20,000 nucleotides of DNA. Origin: an uncultured virus (IMG/VR IMGVR_UViG_3300028173_000008). Its lineage: Duplodnaviria > Heunggongvirae > Uroviricota > Caudoviricetes. The DNA lies in the IMG/VR virus record IMGVR_UViG_3300028173_000008, one strand, 5' to 3'. Positions 1 through 7,692 of the stretch are shown one piece after another. Numbering within the stretch: position 1 is the stretch's first letter; every line of letters starts with the position of its first letter. Both the position numbers and the translations under genes were made by a program. The notes beneath the pieces were generated by a model. The model ran no database searches. It was not told the origin of the DNA and saw only the letters and a list, made by a program, of their open reading frames with translations.

Positions 1-1323
1 GACCCCCTCGTCCGCAGGGACCTGCACACATGGGTAAAGCGGAACATCTACTACGCCGATAAGCGGAACACAGGGGACGAGCTACCCCCCCTCCAGGCTG
101 AGAACATGGTCGCCGTGATGCCGCCCCAGGTGGAAGACGCCTACAGGGCGGTCACCGACCAGTTCGCCTACATGATGAAAGGGCTCGCCACCAGGTTCAA
201 AGACAGGGAGAAAGCGGGGATCTCAGGCCGCCATCCCGACGTAGAGCGCATCTTCGGCAAGGCGTTCAAGCCCGTCGTCAAGCTGCTCAACGACCTGGCG
301 AACCACCCCGAGATCGCCCTGACGGACATCGCCCACATGATGCGGACGGAGACGCTCCCCTACCCGGACAAGTTGGGGGACCCGATCCCGCTCCCGCACC
401 AGTTCAAGAGGGCACTCAAGGTCTGGGCTACCAGGTTCTCCCCGGAGGAGTTGGAGGCGGAGGCCGAACACATCCAGAGTCCGAAGCTCCTGGTGGCCGA
501 AGAGGTCATCCGGGACAAGGTCGATGCCACGGACGGAGCCAGCCGTGCCCTCCTGTTCACGGACGACACCAGGCTCATCTGGTCGGCGGCCCGTCACATG
601 GCGAAGAAGATCACCGGCTGGCACGCTGTAGCCCTCAAAGACGAGATCCACTTCATGGACGGGGACGCCCCTATCCAGAAGATCACGTTTGAGATGCCGA
701 GGGACCTCCTGGCCAAGATGAAGCCGGAGAAGCGTGACCAGGTACTCGCCGAGACAGGGGGCGTAACAACGCACACGCTGCCTTTCCATAAGAAGACGTA
801 CCGTAGGCACCCCCTGCTCCCTGCGGGCCCCGACAACGTCCATTACAAGGCCGACAACTGGCAACAGTTCGTCCTCAAGGAGATCATCACGCCCGACAGG
901 CGGATCAGGACGTTGGCGTTGTACGGCCCGACCTATCAGTACGGGCACAACCTCCAGGCCTTCGACACGGTCATTCACCTCGACCGGGACGGTTGGAACT
1001 CTGAGTCCATGAAGCAGCGGACAGCGAGGGCGTGGCGTCAGGGGCAAGACCAGCCGGTCGACGAGATCACCATCGACGCAGTCTACGACCCGAACACCCC
1101 GGAGGCTCAGACGGAACTTGATGGCACGCTGGACGAGATCCGCAGGTACTTCCAGGAGATGGACGCTGACGTGTTCAACGCCATCATGCGGGAGGCACAG
1201 GGACTGGACCTGGGCGGTGAGTGGGAGGGCCTTGCCCGTCACGAGTCCTCCAAGACCAGGCTGAACCAGGACATCATGGAACTCATGACTTCGCCCTACG
1301 TGGGCCGGGTGAGGGGAGTCTAA
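1..1323 (+). CDS. SNF2/SWI2-family helicase, C-terminal part (5' truncated by the window edge)
   Basis: Frame is open from base 1 (DPLVRRDLHTWVKRNIYYADKRNTGDELPPL..). SNF2 helicase-C motifs YQYGHNLQAFDTVIHLDRDGWNSESMKQRTARAWRQGQ (cf. G.GLNL..A..VI..D..WN....QA..RA.R.GQ). Stop TAA at 1321-1323. Confidence 0.8.
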   Translation, partial: DPLVRRDLHTWVKRNIYYADKRNTGDELPPLQAENMVAVMPPQVEDAYRAVTDQFAYMMKGLATRFKDREKAGISGRHPDVERIFGKAFKPVVKLLNDLANHPEIALTDIAHMMRTETLPYPDKLGDPIPLPHQFKRALKVWATRFSPEELEAEAEHIQSPKLLVAEEVIRDKVDATDGASRALLFTDDTRLIWSAARHMAKKITGWHAVALKDEIHFMDGDAPIQKITFEMPRDLLAKMKPEKRDQVLAETGGVTTHTLPFHKKTYRRHPLLPAGPDNVHYKADNWQQFVLKEIITPDRRIRTLALYGPTYQYGHNLQAFDTVIHLDRDGWNSESMKQRTARAWRQGQDQPVDEITIDAVYDPNTPEAQTELDGTLDEIRRYFQEMDADVFNAIMREAQGLDLGGEWEGLARHESSKTRLNQDIMELMTSPYVGRVRGV

Positions 1324-1565
1324 TGGGCGACCGCTTACCCGAAACCATGGCCGAGTGGCAGGAATACATCGATGGGCTACGGGGAGCCGCCTTGTGGTCC
1401 AAGGCGGTCAACGCCAACACGCAACTCTTCGCCGACATCTTGCTGGCGGAAGGTTTCAAGATGGATGACGTGAGGGGCATCGTCACGATGTTCGCCGAAC
1501 GTCTACTGGTCGATGACCAGCGCCTCCCCGAACACGGGGCCTACGACATGCGGTCCCTCGTCTAG
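1323..1565 (+). CDS. Hypothetical protein (80 aa, MGDRLPETMAEWQEY..)
   Basis: ATG overlaps the upstream stop (TAATG) after a GAGGGGAG RBS-like run. Codon usage matches neighbouring genes. Stop overlaps the stop of the convergent gene. Confidence 0.65.
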   Translation: MGDRLPETMAEWQEYIDGLRGAALWSKAVNANTQLFADILLAEGFKMDDVRGIVTMFAERLLVDDQRLPEHGAYDMRSLV

Positions 1566-2926
1566 CACATCAACAGGGAATCCGAACCAGCCTCTTTCAC
1601 ACAGCGGCGGGCCTCCGCCACGATAGAAGCCGCACGGTGGGGGCTGACGCCCTCCTCGTGAGCGATCTCCTTGACGGTGAACCCACAGACCCGCATGCGG
1701 ATGATGCCGACGTAGCGCATCCACGCCTTCGGCTTCTTCTCCCGCACGATGTCCTCGATCCGCTCCATGATCCCTTCGAACTGGATCCAGTCGTCTACGG
1801 CGTTGGGGGCGTCCAAGGGTTCAGAGGCGATGTCCATCATTTCGCCTGCGTGCCCGTCATCGCCACGCTGCCACACGATCCGGGGGTCGGACATGGGAGC
1901 CGTAACGACGCCGTGCTGACGCTCCGACTGAGTCCGTGCCCCGTACAGTTCCCGTGCGACGGGGTCTTTCCCCTCGTCCCGGATGTCCGTGTAACCGGCC
2001 CGGACAGCGTAGGTGGACAGCAGGGAGTCGGGGATCTTCTTGCCTGCCAGAATCCGCTCTCTCAGGCTGTCACGCTGGATCAACCGCAGGAGACAGTTCT
2101 GGACGTGGTCCTCGACCCGGTTCGTGCGGGCTGAGATAGGGAGCTTCTTCGCCACGGCACCGGCCATCATCTTCATCAGGTCGCCCTGGTGGCCGCCGGT
2201 CTCCTTGATCCGCTGACCCAGGAACTCGCCCGTGAGGTTGGCCTTCTTGGCTCCGGTGAGGCGGCGGGCCTCCTCGATCCCTGCGGTGGTCAGCCGCCAC
2301 TTGCCGTGTCCGGCCTTTTCCACGTAGGGGATGGCCCGGTCACAGAGGTTCTTCATGGCCCAACGGGCACGCTCCGGGGCCAGCAGGGTGCCATTGGAAG
2401 TCTTCACGTCCCAGCCACGAGGGAGGGCCGCCAAGTCGTACCCCAGAACCTGGAACACGTCCGGGAGAATCTCCTTGAAACTCAAGGGGTCAGGCTCGTA
2501 GTCGGTGGCCTGACCCAGCGCCTTGAGGATGGGTTCGTGGAATAGGGCGGGGGACGGAGCGGGGAGGGGACGGGGGCACAGCTTCTCGGCGAGGGCTACC
2601 CCTGCATCGGTGAGTCCCCACTTGCCACGGTGGCCGGTCAAGACCATCGGATTCTGGGAACGCCAGTGGAGGCGACGGTACGAGTACCAGATGCGCCGGT
2701 CGAAGCCGTTGGGCTTGTCCCGACCGGGGCGCTGCCAGCCGTCCTTCGGGTCGCCGTACTGACTGAGGTTGTCCGGGTCGTACCCGGCGTCACGGATCAC
2801 GTCGGGGAGGATGTCCGCACTAGAGACCAGAATCCCGCTTTTGAAGTCGGTGGCCTTGCCTAGCTGCTTGATCAGGTGGGGCGTGAACTGTTGGGGAGAC
2901 GGGAGACAGGGATTCACATTGGTCAT
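1562..2926 (-). CDS. Fusion protein: two tandem Mrr_N-like winged-helix domains plus a C-terminal ECF/sigma70-like region 2 and region 4 HTH (454 aa)
   Basis: ATG at 2926 preceded by AAGGAGG. Two internal repeats, each PSP..F...(L/I)(I/L)K.LG.ATD..ILPDV....GYD..GW..R..(W/Y)....L..GKW.LT.AG, resembling the Mrr N-terminal domain. Then VEDHVQNCLLRL..LSTYAVRAGYTDIR (sigma region 2-like) and IIRMRVCGFTVKEIAHEEGVSPHRAASIVAEARRCVK (region 4-like HTH). Confidence 0.7.
   Translation of the reverse strand: MTNVNPCLPSPQQFTPHLIKQLGKATDFKSGILVSSADILPDVIRDAGYDPDNLSQYGDPKDGWQRPGRDKPNGFDRRIWYSYRRLHWRSQNPMVLTGHRGKWGLTDAGVALAEKLCPRPLPAPSPALFHEPILKALGQATDYEPDPLSFKEILPDVFQVLGYDLAALPRGWDVKTSNGTLLAPERARWAMKNLCDRAIPYVEKAGHGKWRLTTAGIEEARRLTGAKKANLTGEFLGQRIKETGGHQGDLMKMMAGAVAKKLPISARTNRVEDHVQNCLLRLIQRDSLRERILAGKKIPDSLLSTYAVRAGYTDIRDEGKDPVARELYGARTQSERQHGVVTAPMSDPRIVWQRGDDGHAGEMMDIASEPLDAPNAVDDWIQFEGIMERIEDIVREKKPKAWMRYVGIIRMRVCGFTVKEIAHEEGVSPHRAASIVAEARRCVKEAGSDSLLMC
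2258..2905 (-). repeat. Internal protein-level tandem duplication (aa ~8-116 and ~123-223)
   Basis: LPSPQQFTPHLIKQLGKATDF vs APSPALFHEPILKALGQATDY; DILPDVIRDAGYD vs EILPDVFQVLGYD; GHRGKWGLTDAG vs GHGKWRLTTAG. Confidence 0.85.
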
Positions 2927-3039
2927 CCGGGGTTCCTCCTTAGGCAATCGCTCTTTCGAGCATGAGCCTTGGCTGGGTTTCGACCACCAACTTGAACGGG
3001 CTTTCTTACGAGCAGGTTGCGGTGGTGGCCTGTGCCTTG

Positions 3040-3067
3040 AATGTACCACGCTCCTGTTGCCTGTCAA
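3040..3067 (-). promoter_or_regulatory. Sigma70-type promoter for the 1562-2926 gene
   Basis: On the - strand: TTGACA (3067-3062), 16 nt spacer ending in TGG (extended -10), TACATT (3045-3040). Confidence 0.65.
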
Positions 3068-3106
3068 GGAAAACGCCATCCTAGATTCTGGAATGATAAC
3101 AAGAAC

Positions 3107-3136
3107 TTGCACGTCGCTCGGTGTTCGTTCTATACT
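3107..3136 (+). promoter_or_regulatory. Possible sigma70-type promoter for the 3172 gene
   Basis: TTGCAC (3107-3112), 18 nt spacer, TATACT (3131-3136). AAAGGA RBS before the ATG at 3172. Confidence 0.45.
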
Positions 3137-3171
3137 GGTGTCGTGGTAGACAGTGCTGAAAGGAAGCCAGC

Positions 3172-4356
3172 ATGACGCTGAACACATTGAAAAGAGACCT
3201 GGTGGCCCTCAACCGTGTTGCCCGGGATCTAGCATCCCGTGAGGCCGCTGCGGTCACCGATACGGACAAGCTGACACACAGGGTGGCCTCCCGCTGGGTG
3301 TCCGGTGCGTCCGGTGCCATGCGCCGTGAGTACGACATCATGCTTCGCCTCCAGACGCTAGAGGGTGCGGCCAACGTCAAGGACGGCATCTGGTGGAAGA
3401 AGGGCAAGCGCGGCCTTCCTCTGGCACAGGCGGCGTTTGAGAAGGCCACAGTAGACCCCGAGTGGTTCTCCACCGGCTACACCCGCATGTATGAGGCGGT
3501 CGAGGCCAACGTGGCCCGTACCATCTCGTCGATGGGCCTGCCGGTCGAGGCGGACGAACTCATCAATCTGACCCTGATGGGCCAGTCGTTGACGAAGGAG
3601 GACAAGGCGGCCACGCCGATCCCCCGGTCAGCAGGCAAGACCTTGAAGAGCGGGATCCTGTCCGGCAAGGAGTCCCCTGTCATGGTCGGCAAGGGTGTCA
3701 TCGCCTCGTGGATCAAGCAGAAGCTCATTACCCTCAAGCGTGACGCCCCTCCCGAACAGGAGATGCCCACGGACGAGGACGGCAAGGACTACGAGTTCGC
3801 TGCCCCGAGTGATGAGCCGGAGCCCGAATACAGCACCCCGCATGAGTTCCTGTCAGCCATCACCTACCGTAAGATGGGTGACCCGTTGGGCAAGAAGTTC
3901 CGTGCCTTGATGAAGAAGGCGTTTACCAACAACCGGGACTGGTCCCCCGCCATGCTGTACTGGCTGGAGCAGGCCGAGAAGGGCCGCTTCGTGCAGAGGA
4001 ACCAGATGGCCGATTGGGCGAACATCTCACCCGGCAGCTTCTCCGTGAACTACTGGAAGGCCGCTTGGGCGGCGTTCTTCAAGGAACTGTGGGCCGACAA
4101 GAGCCTCCTCAAGGAGATCAAGAAGCGCCTACAGGCCGAGGAATTGTTCGACGAGATCGTCAAGCCCGACCTGACCAAGCTCAAGGACGGCAACCCGCTG
4201 TCCATCATCCTCCCCCGCAACCGGAACCGTAAAAAGAAGAAGGCCGACAGGGACATGGTCGAGCACGTCACCACCCGGTGGATGGACGGCAGCATCATCG
4301 AGAAAGTCGTCCACCGTCATGTCGCCGAAAGGCCCGACAGCGTCCCGGTTTCCTGA
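3172..4356 (+). CDS. Hypothetical protein (394 aa), possibly a divergent sigma-factor-like HTH protein
   Basis: Long ORF with RBS and typical codon usage. YEAVEANVARTISSMGLPVEADELIN and VIASWIKQKLITLKR loosely resemble sigma region 2. RNQMADWANISPGSFSVNYWKAAWAAF resembles a region-4 HTH. The CDS is well supported; the function is weakly supported. Confidence 0.6.
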   Translation: MTLNTLKRDLVALNRVARDLASREAAAVTDTDKLTHRVASRWVSGASGAMRREYDIMLRLQTLEGAANVKDGIWWKKGKRGLPLAQAAFEKATVDPEWFSTGYTRMYEAVEANVARTISSMGLPVEADELINLTLMGQSLTKEDKAATPIPRSAGKTLKSGILSGKESPVMVGKGVIASWIKQKLITLKRDAPPEQEMPTDEDGKDYEFAAPSDEPEPEYSTPHEFLSAITYRKMGDPLGKKFRALMKKAFTNNRDWSPAMLYWLEQAEKGRFVQRNQMADWANISPGSFSVNYWKAAWAAFFKELWADKSLLKEIKKRLQAEELFDEIVKPDLTKLKDGNPLSIILPRNRNRKKKKADRDMVEHVTTRWMDGSIIEKVVHRHVAERPDSVPVS

Positions 4357-4396
4357 ACCCCACTCATCCTGCCCCCTTACAGCCCCCTCTGTTTCC

Positions 4397-4426
4397 TTGA
4401 CGTCGTGCCCTAACGGCGACTACCCT
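4397..4426 (+). promoter_or_regulatory. Sigma70-type promoter directly upstream of the structured non-coding region
   Basis: TTGACG (4397-4402), 18 nt spacer, TACCCT (4421-4426). Predicted start near 4433, with no RBS/ORF following. Confidence 0.5.
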
Positions 4427-4429
4427 TTG

Positions 4430-5000
4430 TACTTGGTTCGACCGACCGACCTGATCTCTGAAAATGAGACGTACTGTTGCCGCTCCGGTGCCGTTGAGTA
4501 CTGGTCCCCTTGGGGATCGTGGAAAGCCACTGGAGGCAGAGAGTCATAGTCCTAATGACTTGGCAGGTATCCGGGTAACCGGAGGGGAAGCCATTGAGCT
4601 TTGAGAGCGCCCCCACAGGACGGTCTGTTCTTTGAACATGTCGAACCTCGTCATCTGCGGGACTCCTTGGTCCCCTCGATGGTGAAGGTGATTTGAGGTT
4701 TGCCCTTTCCGTATGGGAGAGGGCCTGGATGGGAGCCTTCAGGTGTAACGAGGAACGCACCTGACCCCGGGTAGCCCATCACGGACTGCGGTAGAATGAC
4801 CCTGACTCTCAGGACCATGATGAGAGAAAAGGGCGTCCGTAGGACGACCGGATGATGAGTAGGGATAGCGGTTAAGATTCCAGTGCTTGTTCTCGTCAAC
4901 GTAGTAGCGACTGCAACGGCAGCCGGAAAATCCAGCGCAGGTTACCCCTAGTGGGGCTTGGGCGACGTGTATTAAAAACTCCCAAGTTTGCCTCTCCGCC
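4430..5000 (+). ncRNA. Candidate large structured non-coding RNA (family unassigned)
   Basis: 720-nt gap without a credible ORF in an otherwise tightly packed genome. More than 12 closely packed hairpins, e.g. GGTCCC-CTTG-GGGATC 4503-4518, GTGG-AAAG-CCAC 4519-4530, TCCGG-GTAA-CCGGA 4570-4583, GCCCTTTCC..GGGAGAGGGC 4702-4724, TCAGGTG..CACCTGA 4739-4764, CGTCC-GTA-GGACG 4834-4846. Long-range helix 4532-4540/4987-4995. Confidence 0.7.
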
Positions 5001-5079
5001 AAAGTTCCACCCCAATAGTTTCAAGTTTAGACCCCGGCCTCGGTATTCTGTGTCTACGGGACCTCTGTAGGAGGGTGCT

Positions 5080-5637
5080 GTGACGATCAGGACATCAGAG
5101 TACGAACGCTTCGACACCCGCAAGATGGCTGTGGGCTGCCTGCATATCCTGTTAAGCCGTGCTCATGCGGACTTCCCTGGGACTACAAGGGCTGCTCCTG
5201 CACGTTGGGTGGTTGTTCAGTTGGCCCCTGGAGGGCCTCTAGCTCCCGCCTACAAGGGCTACTTCCCCTACAAGGTCATCTGGTACGTCTGGCAAAACGT
5301 GGTCGTTCCTGTGCTGGAAGACCCGACCTACCAGATCGTGACAGAGGACACGACGTCCCTGCGTGTGTCGTTGAACCAAGCCCTGATTGAGGAGGGTGAC
5401 TACAAGGGGGTGACCGACAAGATCGAAGCAGCCCTGATCGTCCGTCTCAAGGAACAGGGTATGGTACAACCGGATGCAGAACCGGAGTCGTCCAGCACGC
5501 TGGTTGATCCTGTTGCACCCGGGGAGCCTATCGTCCTGCCTGACACAGACCCCATGGACACGGGGGACTCCCTTGTGTGGCCGGAGGGGCACCCCAAGTT
5601 GACGTACCCCGAAGTGGATGGAGGCCCCAATGGCTGA
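5080..5637 (+). CDS. Hypothetical protein (185 aa) with an acidic/Pro-rich C-terminus
   Basis: GTG start after AGGAGGG. Stop overlaps the start region of the next gene. No recognisable motif. Confidence 0.6.
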   Translation: MTIRTSEYERFDTRKMAVGCLHILLSRAHADFPGTTRAAPARWVVVQLAPGGPLAPAYKGYFPYKVIWYVWQNVVVPVLEDPTYQIVTEDTTSLRVSLNQALIEEGDYKGVTDKIEAALIVRLKEQGMVQPDAEPESSSTLVDPVAPGEPIVLPDTDPMDTGDSLVWPEGHPKLTYPEVDGGPNG

Positions 5638-5848
5638 CGAGAAGAAAAAGGTTCCTGTCCCCAAGACGCTCTGGATCAAGTGCCGTGCGAGTGAGAAGTG
5701 TGAGGGCAACCAGGCCGAGATCATCATGCAGCGGGCACAGAAGCCCATGGGTCGTGCTGGGGGAGCCTTCAACCTGGCGGAGCGGGCCGGAAAGCTCATC
5801 AGATATCGCTGTACGACCTGCAAGGGCATCTTCCAGATCGGTCAGTAG
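5630..5848 (+). CDS. Small zinc-ribbon protein (72 aa)
   Basis: ATG at 5630 after GGAGG. C-x5-C (CRASEKC) plus IRYRCTTCK CxxC, a typical Zn-ribbon layout. Confidence 0.65.
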   Translation: MADEKKKVPVPKTLWIKCRASEKCEGNQAEIIMQRAQKPMGRAGGAFNLAERAGKLIRYRCTTCKGIFQIGQ

Positions 5849-5866
5849 GCTCCTCGCCCGCTTTCC

Positions 5867-5877
5867 TCGGGTAAGAT
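5867..5877 (+). promoter_or_regulatory. TCGGGTAnnnT motif (candidate phage promoter), copy 1
   Basis: TCGGGTAAGAT ends 19 nt before the GTG at 5897. Same motif at 10831 and 18039. Confidence 0.55.
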
Positions 5878-5896
5878 TCCCTTACAGGAGGTAAGC

Positions 5897-6559
5897 GTGG
5901 CATCCTGCATATTGCTCCACGGGCCTGGTGCCCGACAAGCCGCATACAGCAAGGCCATCGAGGTCGGTCACCTGTCAGGTGATTTCGGGGACACTGAGGA
6001 GAAGCGGGCCAAGCCCAAGAAGGACCAGACCCTCTTCTCCCTGAATGTCGCCGAAGCCCGTGAAGCGATGGCCCTACTGTTGGACACCCCCCTCTATGAC
6101 TCCGTCGGTTGCGTCGTCATAGGCCCCGTGGACGAGGCACAAGCCAAGGCGACCGACGTCCTGCTCAAAGGGATCGAGGAGTTCGCTGAAGGCGTCGTGC
6201 AGCCGATCCTGTGGGCCTACGACTATGGCTCAGTGTCCGCTACCGTGCGCTCCCGGTGCATGGAACAGTGGGTGCCGGGAGCGGGCGAGTCCGACGAGGA
6301 TGAAGACCTTGTGGCCACGGCGTGGGTCGCGGTGGACAACGCCCTGTCCGGTGACGTCCACCTAATCCCGTCTGATGTCCAGAAGTTCGCCAAGAAGACC
6401 CGGGATGTGCTGTCCTTCTTGAAGGCGTCGGCTGATGCGGTCAGTACAGACCTGGACTGCCCCAAGAGACGGGCGCTGTGGGAACGGCTACGCAAGGTGG
6501 CCTCGCACTACAACCCGACGCCGACGGAGTTGATCTCCGCCTTGATGGGGGTGGGCTGA
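5897..6559 (+). CDS. holB: DNA polymerase III clamp-loader delta'-like subunit (HolB-like)
   Basis: ILLHGPG (degenerate Walker A), LNVAEARE, VVIGPVDE, ATDVLLKGIEE (cf. A.NALLK.LEE), SVSATVRSRC (SRC arginine-finger motif). AGGAGG RBS. Confidence 0.75.
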   Translation: MASCILLHGPGARQAAYSKAIEVGHLSGDFGDTEEKRAKPKKDQTLFSLNVAEAREAMALLLDTPLYDSVGCVVIGPVDEAQAKATDVLLKGIEEFAEGVVQPILWAYDYGSVSATVRSRCMEQWVPGAGESDEDEDLVATAWVAVDNALSGDVHLIPSDVQKFAKKTRDVLSFLKASADAVSTDLDCPKRRALWERLRKVASHYNPTPTELISALMGVG

Positions 6560-7554
6560 TGGCCAAAGAGAAGAAGGCACCCCCGAAGCTGGTTGCCATC
6601 GCAGGCACTGACGGGTTCAACCGTCGCCGTGCCCTCCGTAAGACCATCCTCGATCAGGAGAAGGTCGGGTGGCGTGTGTCCTACGCTGACGCCACCGACC
6701 CTATGTCCATTTGGGACGCCGCTGCGGCGGACGTGATGTTCGAAGCCCCGGTGCTGGTGGTCGTAGAGAAGCCCCACAAGGGGAAGCTCGATCTGTACCG
6801 TGAGTTCATGAAGCGGGATGAGGGCGAGTCCGTCCTGTTGCTGTACGTGGACGGGAAGCTGGACACACGGACCAAGGCGGGCAAAGCGTTCGCCGAGTTC
6901 CTGAAGAAAGAGGTGAAGGCCAAACAGATATACGACGAGGCCGAGTCCCCGTGGAAGCGTGAGGAACTGGCCGTCGAGTTCGTGATCATGGAGGCCAAGG
7001 ACACCTTCGATAAGAAGATCTCGTTCCCCCTCGCCAGTGGGATCGTCCAGAGGGTCGGGACAGACAAGGGGCTCATCCACTACGAGTTGCTCAAGATGGC
7101 CGAACTGGCCTCCCTGGACGGGTCCACCACCATAGACGGCACGCACGTCAAAGGTGGCCTCGCACCTCTAGGGGTGGCCCTCACTACGCCCCTGACGAAC
7201 GCCCTGTCCCGCAAGGATGGCGTGAAGGTGGCCAAGGTCCTGGACCGCATCAAGAAGACGAACAAGGGTGACCCCACGATCTACATCTGCCGGTTGCTGG
7301 CCTCCACAGTCTACAGGTGGCTGGGTCCGCTCAGGATGAAGGCGGAGGGGATCGGGTTCAAGGAGGCCGCCCTCCGGCTGAACATCAACGAGTGGTACTA
7401 CAAGAACAAGCTCGCCCCACAATCCGCCATGTGGACTCAAGGCGACGTGCAGGCTCTGATCGGCAAGCTGGCCCTCACCGAAAGAGACCTTTTGACCGGT
7501 GCCTTGAACCCCTGGATGAGTCTGACTGCTCGGCTTCTGGCCTTCTGTGGGTAG
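6559..7554 (+). CDS. holA: DNA polymerase III clamp-loader delta-like subunit (HolA-like)
   Basis: ATG coupled to the holB stop (TGATG). LVAIAGTDGF N-terminus, MFEAPVLVVVE (cf. LF..r.lvvv), IVQRVGTDKGLIHYELLKM (cf. G.dl..l..El.KL), 331 aa, adjacent to the delta'-like gene. Confidence 0.65.
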   Translation: MAKEKKAPPKLVAIAGTDGFNRRRALRKTILDQEKVGWRVSYADATDPMSIWDAAAADVMFEAPVLVVVEKPHKGKLDLYREFMKRDEGESVLLLYVDGKLDTRTKAGKAFAEFLKKEVKAKQIYDEAESPWKREELAVEFVIMEAKDTFDKKISFPLASGIVQRVGTDKGLIHYELLKMAELASLDGSTTIDGTHVKGGLAPLGVALTTPLTNALSRKDGVKVAKVLDRIKKTNKGDPTIYICRLLASTVYRWLGPLRMKAEGIGFKEAALRLNINEWYYKNKLAPQSAMWTQGDVQALIGKLALTERDLLTGALNPWMSLTARLLAFCG

Positions 7555-7692
7555 GGTGATGCGGAGGGGGTTCGTTTTCCCTTCTATGAGCCCTACTCTG
7601 ATGGAGTCCATGATGAAAACCCACCCCTCTAATACAGGGTGGTGCTCGTGCCACCCCCTTGCCCGAGGCGTCTTCGTAGGAGTAGTCACACA

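Noticed and set aside
2927..3187. N-terminal extension of the 541-aa - strand ORF given in the track
   Set aside because: A strong RBS precedes the ATG at 2926. The extension covers the divergent promoters and overlaps the next gene.
4430..5040. Assignment as tmRNA, RNase P RNA, tRNA cluster or group I/II intron
   Set aside because: No GGGG..TCCACCA tRNA-like ends with a T-arm, no GAGGAAAGTCC P4 motif, no cloverleaf, and no interrupted host gene or recognisable intron core. A covariance search is still needed.
4319..5123. Short ORFs (75-116 aa) across the structured region
   Set aside because: No convincing RBS, atypical codon usage and no motifs. The dense base-pairing is better explained by an RNA.
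7555..7692. Cobalamin riboswitch upstream of nrdJ
   Set aside because: The conserved GGGAA and B12-box elements are not recognisable.
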